Assembly: GCA_041747675.1 (NCBI GenBank)
Contig: JBGTES010000090.1
Coordinates: forward strand, 19,582 to 83,581
DNA from: Flavobacteriales bacterium
Lineage (GTDB): Bacteria; Bacteroidota; Bacteroidia; Flavobacteriales_F; PHOS-HE28
DNA: 64,000 bases
Direction: 5' to 3'
The position numbers were made by a program, and so were the translations under genes. Each line of letters starts with the position of its first letter. The first letter of the stretch is position 1. Positions 59,860-64,000 of this stretch are shown piece by piece. The notes below the pieces were generated by a model. The model had not been told where the DNA came from, did no database searches, and saw only the letters and a list, made by a program, of their open reading frames with translations.

Positions 59860-60551
59860 GCACCCTGAGCGTTTTGATCGTGGAGGATGAACCCCTGATC
59901 GCCGGGGACCTGGCGGAGATGCTCGCCGAGCAGGGCCACCGCGTATGCGGCATCGCACACCGGGCCCATGCGGCCATGGAACTGATCAAGCGCGAACGTC
60001 CCGACCTCGTGCTGCTGGATATCCGCTTGAACGACGGGGTCGATGGCATCGCCGTGGCACGCGAACTGGATCGGGAGCACATCGCTTTCCTGTACGTCAC
60101 CTCGCATACCGATGAAGCCACCATGGAACAGGTGGTGCGCACCGGCCCACAGGGTTTCATCCGCAAGCCCTTCGATGAGGATGACCTGCGCACACAGATC
60201 GCCGTGGTGCTGGCCAGGCTGGAGAAACGGCAGGTGCCTGAACATATCCTGGTGCGCGACAGGGGCCACACGGTGCGCGTACCCATCCGCGACATCATCT
60301 ACGCCGAAGCGGATGACAACTACACCACCATCCATACTTCCGATCGCAAGTATGTGCTGGTAAGCTCATTGAGCGCGGTGGAGGAGAAGCTTGGTGGCAG
60401 GCATCTGCTCCGGGTGCATCGCAAGTACGCGGTGGATATGCAACGCGTCACGCGCATGGACGCGAACGTGCTTATGCTGGGACCTGTGCGCATCCCCGTG
60501 GGGCGCACGCATCTGGCGGAAGTACAGCGCCGGTTCATGCATGTCCGATAG
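59856..60551 (+). CDS. LytTR-family response regulator
   Basis: REC domain (LIVEDEPLIAGDL...DLVLLDIRLNDGVDGI) plus LytTR domain (VRVPIRDIIYAEADDNYTTIHTSDRKYV...). ATGA overlap with the HK stop. Confidence 0.85.
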   Translation: MSTLSVLIVEDEPLIAGDLAEMLAEQGHRVCGIAHRAHAAMELIKRERPDLVLLDIRLNDGVDGIAVARELDREHIAFLYVTSHTDEATMEQVVRTGPQGFIRKPFDEDDLRTQIAVVLARLEKRQVPEHILVRDRGHTVRVPIRDIIYAEADDNYTTIHTSDRKYVLVSSLSAVEEKLGGRHLLRVHRKYAVDMQRVTRMDANVLMLGPVRIPVGRTHLAEVQRRFMHVR

Positions 60552-60653
60552 GGATCGGGACGGTCACCCGTATGATCCCGCCATCCACCCAGATCCGGAT
60601 AGGATGCACGGACCAGAGGTGATACCTTGTGGTCAATGAATGCCTGAGGGATC

Positions 60654-61643
60654 ATGCGCATCAAGATCACCCGCTTTCTGAGCACACATGCTACCATGTG
60701 CCTCATCGCATGGGCACCGTTGCTATCAGGAACGATCGCGGGCCAGAACCTGCTACCCAACCCGGGTTTCGAGAAGGTGCTGCAATGTCCGGACTTCCAA
60801 AGCCAGCTGGATCGGACGGCCCATTGGACCTCGCCCAGTACGCAGGGCACCCCGGACTTCTACCATGCCTGCGCGACCAACCCATGGTTCTCCACACCGG
60901 AGAACATCGTCGGTTTCCAGGAGCCGGTGGAAGGTGTGGCCTATGCCGGCATTTTCCTGTTGATCGCCCAATCCGTCATGGCCGAATGGCGGGAGTTCAT
61001 ACAGACACCATTGCTCGAGCCCCTTGTGCAGGACCGCTGCTATCGCTTCCGCATGCACGCCAACCTCACGGAGTATTCGCTACTGAGCTCCAACTCCCTG
61101 GGCGTGCGCTTCAACGTGGGGCCATACGCACTTCCGAATGCTTTTGTGCCCGGTGATCCGCCACACCTTGCACTACCTCCGGCGGTATTCCTCGACCATG
61201 AGAACTGGACAGGGCTCGAAGGCGAGTATGTGGCACAGGGTGGGGAGGACCACCTGATGATAGGCAACTACGCACCGGATGCCGGCACGTTGACCCAGCC
61301 GGTCTCCAGCACGCTCCCCAATGCGGGGCCCTTCGTCTATGTGCTCATCGATCTGGTGAGCCTGGAGCCCTGTGAGATCGTCACCGATGCCACGCAGCTT
61401 GACGGTTCCAACACCCCGGGGTATGATCTGCTTGGGAGCACCATCCAACTGGCCGATGCGCGCTGGGCAAATGCAACCTGCCGCTTGTTCGACACCCTTG
61501 GCCGGACGGTCTTCGAAAGCACCCGGATCACGGGAACGATCCATCTCCCTTCGCATCTGGCGGGGATCTATGTTTTCGAATTGGTGGCGTCATCGGGTGA
61601 GCGGCATCGTCGAAAGGTGCTGCTGCATGGGGTCCATCATTGA
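60654..61643 (+). CDS. hypothetical secreted protein with probable T9SS C-terminal domain
   Basis: N-terminal hydrophobic signal. C-terminus RLFDTLGRTVFES...AGIYVFELVASSG is Por-tail-like. Confidence 0.55.
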   Translation: MRIKITRFLSTHATMCLIAWAPLLSGTIAGQNLLPNPGFEKVLQCPDFQSQLDRTAHWTSPSTQGTPDFYHACATNPWFSTPENIVGFQEPVEGVAYAGIFLLIAQSVMAEWREFIQTPLLEPLVQDRCYRFRMHANLTEYSLLSSNSLGVRFNVGPYALPNAFVPGDPPHLALPPAVFLDHENWTGLEGEYVAQGGEDHLMIGNYAPDAGTLTQPVSSTLPNAGPFVYVLIDLVSLEPCEIVTDATQLDGSNTPGYDLLGSTIQLADARWANATCRLFDTLGRTVFESTRITGTIHLPSHLAGIYVFELVASSGERHRRKVLLHGVHH

Positions 61644-61801
61644 GCGCGACTAGTGGTGCACGCAACTTCGCGGAGGAAGGGCTCTTGACCATAAGCGTCA
61701 CTGGATCACGGATGAAGGTGGATGGTGCATTGCGGACACGCTTTTGTGGTGTTGCGCCGATCGGACTTGCCGCAGCGGATCGCATCGCCGAACTTTCCGC
61801 C

Positions 61802-63586
61802 ATGCGCGCCATCGCCTGGATCATCCTGTGTTTCATTCCCATCCATGCAGGTGCACAGTCCGACAGCCTCCTTCGTGTACTCGGCACCCTGCCCAATGAC
61901 ACCTCGCGTCTGCCCGTGCTCACCGAACTGCTCCGTGCCACGGTCTTCAACAAACCGGACAGTGCGTTGGTCTTCGCTGCCGCATATCGTGATATCGCCC
62001 AGCGCAGCGGGATCGCGCTGGAGATCGGCAAGGGGCACAACTACACCGGCATGTGCTACAGCTTCAAAAGTGAGCACGATCGGGCATTGGAACATTACCT
62101 CGCTGCCTTGCCACACTTCGAGAAAGGTGGCGACCCATGGTATGTGGGCATGGCGCACAACAACATCGGGAGCGTGCATGAGAAGATGCGCCGCATGGGC
62201 AAGGCCCGGCAGGAGTACGGCATCGCACTGGGCGTCTTCAAGGCGATCCCCGACACGGTGTGGATGGCCAACGTCTCCAACAACCTGGGCAACCTGCACT
62301 TCGCGGATGCCCGCTGGGACAGTGCCGCCGTCTACTACACCCAGGCCGACCGTGTGCTCACCAGTGCAGGTATGGACAGCTTCACCGGGCAGACGCGCAT
62401 GAACCTGGCCAATGCGCTGTACGAGCAGGGTGAGCATGCCCGCGCACTGGAGGTGATGCGCACCGCACTGGCCGTGATGCCCGCAGGAGAGGATGACCGC
62501 GCCCGCTCCAGCGTACTCACCGGTCTGGGTCGCTTGCATGGGTTGGTGGGGCGCGAGGACAGTGCCCTGCACTTTCTTCACGCGGGCCTCACATTGGCCG
62601 AGCAGGTCGGTGCGCGCGAGGATGCGCTCAACGCCCACCTCTACCTCTTCGAGCTGCATGAACAGCGGGGCCGTCCCGAGCAGGCCCTGTTCCACCACAA
62701 GCGCATGGCGGCCCTGCGCGACAGCATCTTCGACGAGGAGCGCAGCGCACAGATCACCGAGATGCAGGAGAAGTACGAGAGTGGGCTGAAGGACGCGCGG
62801 CTTGCGGAGAATGAGGCGCAGTTGCAACGTCGATCGATGGCGGTGAAAGCCTTCGCCGGTGGAGCGCTGCTGTTGCTGGTGGCAGGGCTCTTCGCCTTCC
62901 GTGCCTATCGTGTGAAGAAGCGCAGCAGCGAGCAACTCATGTCGAAGAATGCGATCATCGACGCCCAGTTGAAAGAGAAGGAACTGCTGGTGCGTGAGAT
63001 CCATCACCGCGTGAAGAACAACCTGCAGACCGTGAGCAGCCTGCTCAGCATCCAGGGGCGCGGCATCGCCGATGAAGCGGCCAAAGAGGCTGTGAACGAC
63101 AGCCGCCTGCGCGTGAAGAGCATGGCCCTGATCCACCAGGACCTGTACCGCGAAGGCGATCTCACCGGTGTACGCATGAAGGACTACGTGGAGAAGCTGG
63201 TGAACAGCCTGATCACCAGCTACGCCGCCGGCGATCGCGTTTCCGCTGCCTTCGAAGTGGATGACATCGCCCTGGATGTGGATACCGCCGTGCCCATCGG
63301 GCTGGTGCTGAATGAACTCGCTACCAACGCGCTGAAGTACGCATGGCCCGATGGTCGTACCGGTACGCTCGTGATCCGATTGAAGCACCATGCCGATGCG
63401 CTCGAGCTCTCCGTGACCGATGATGGCGTGGGCAAGCAGGACACCACCGGGGACGAACGTTCCTCCGGCTTCGGGATGAACATGGTGCGCACCTTCGCCA
63501 ACAAGCTTAAAGCGGAGCACAGCGTGGAGCATGTCAATGGGACCACCGTGCGTATGCTCATCCGGAATTTCAAACTTGCGCGCTGA
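61802..63586 (+). CDS. TPR-repeat sensor histidine kinase (HisKA_2-type); paralog of 58051-59859
   Basis: N-terminus MRAIAWIILCFIPIHAGAQSDSLLRVLGTLPND parallels ...AGQTDSLIRVLNDLPDD in the first copy. H-box LLVREIHHRVKNNLQTVSSLL and ATPase LNELATNALKYAW. The track ORF begins at TTG 61640. Confidence 0.8.
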   Translation: MRAIAWIILCFIPIHAGAQSDSLLRVLGTLPNDTSRLPVLTELLRATVFNKPDSALVFAAAYRDIAQRSGIALEIGKGHNYTGMCYSFKSEHDRALEHYLAALPHFEKGGDPWYVGMAHNNIGSVHEKMRRMGKARQEYGIALGVFKAIPDTVWMANVSNNLGNLHFADARWDSAAVYYTQADRVLTSAGMDSFTGQTRMNLANALYEQGEHARALEVMRTALAVMPAGEDDRARSSVLTGLGRLHGLVGREDSALHFLHAGLTLAEQVGAREDALNAHLYLFELHEQRGRPEQALFHHKRMAALRDSIFDEERSAQITEMQEKYESGLKDARLAENEAQLQRRSMAVKAFAGGALLLLVAGLFAFRAYRVKKRSSEQLMSKNAIIDAQLKEKELLVREIHHRVKNNLQTVSSLLSIQGRGIADEAAKEAVNDSRLRVKSMALIHQDLYREGDLTGVRMKDYVEKLVNSLITSYAAGDRVSAAFEVDDIALDVDTAVPIGLVLNELATNALKYAWPDGRTGTLVIRLKHHADALELSVTDDGVGKQDTTGDERSSGFGMNMVRTFANKLKAEHSVEHVNGTTVRMLIRNFKLAR

Positions 63587-64000
63587 TGAGCACCGTACGC
63601 ATCCTGATCGTGGAGGACGATCCCTTGATCGCTGAGGACCTCACCGGGCACCTGGAGGCGCTGGGCTACGAGGTAGTGGCCGCATGCGACAACGCGCTGG
63701 ACGCCATGGCGGAGATCGCTGAGCGCAAGCCGGACCTGCTGCTATTGGACATCAACCTCGGCGACGGCGCGGATGGCATCCAACTCGCTGAAAAGGTGAA
63801 AGCGAAGCAGGCACTGCCTTTCATCTTCGTCACCAGCCATAGCGACCCCGGCACACTCGCGCGGGTAAAGCCACTGCGTCCTGCAGGCTTCATCATCAAG
63901 CCCTTCGACGAGAACGACCTGCGCACCCAGATCGAACTGGCCCTGGCGCGCTACGCCAACGATGTGGAGGCCACCACAGCGCCCAGCGAAGAGCAGCGCG
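63586..64000 (+). CDS. response regulator (REC domain), 3'-truncated at the window end; paralog of 59856-60551
   Basis: MSTVRILIVEDDPLIAEDL...DLLLLDINLGDGADGI...FIIKPFDENDLRTQIELALAR. The ATG overlaps the HK stop by 1 nt. Confidence 0.8.
   Translation, partial: MSTVRILIVEDDPLIAEDLTGHLEALGYEVVAACDNALDAMAEIAERKPDLLLLDINLGDGADGIQLAEKVKAKQALPFIFVTSHSDPGTLARVKPLRPAGFIIKPFDENDLRTQIELALARYANDVEATTAPSEEQR

Overview
Gene-dense 64-kb window of a high-GC (~65%) chromosome that looks Bacteroidota-like: many proteins end in Por/T9SS C-terminal sorting domains, an efflux operon has TolC-MFP-RND order, and rpoN is present. Landmarks are a 5'-truncated giant alpha-2-macroglobulin (thioester motif CAEQ intact), mce, galE, one elongator-type tRNA-Met(CAT), rpoN, asnS, a TetR-controlled efflux operon, and three TPR-sensor histidine kinases each paired with a LytTR response regulator beside T9SS cargo genes (two pairs are tandem paralogs). 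No transposase, integrase, CRISPR array or rRNA was seen. The leads worth follow-up are, first, a PIN/VapC toxin gene whose overlapping upstream partner is an unusually large 307-aa protein with only a short DUF2281-like antitoxin tail. Second, a four-helix-bundle (23S-rRNA-IVS family) gene of lower GC sits between the MFP and RND genes of the efflux operon, bracketed by GA-rich/CT-rich inverted repeats. Third, a 25-nt GC-hairpin element occurs in two copies, and an ~850-bp gene-free region upstream of an OmpR-type two-component system carries several strong hairpins. My base-by-base reading of printed coordinates disagreed with the ORF track by 1 nt at two gene ends (MFP stop, 307-aa start); CDS coordinates follow the ORF track, and coordinates of non-CDS features may be off by 1-2 nt. 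GTG/TTG starts are noted. Many long ORFs antisense to real genes are high-GC artefacts and were rejected.
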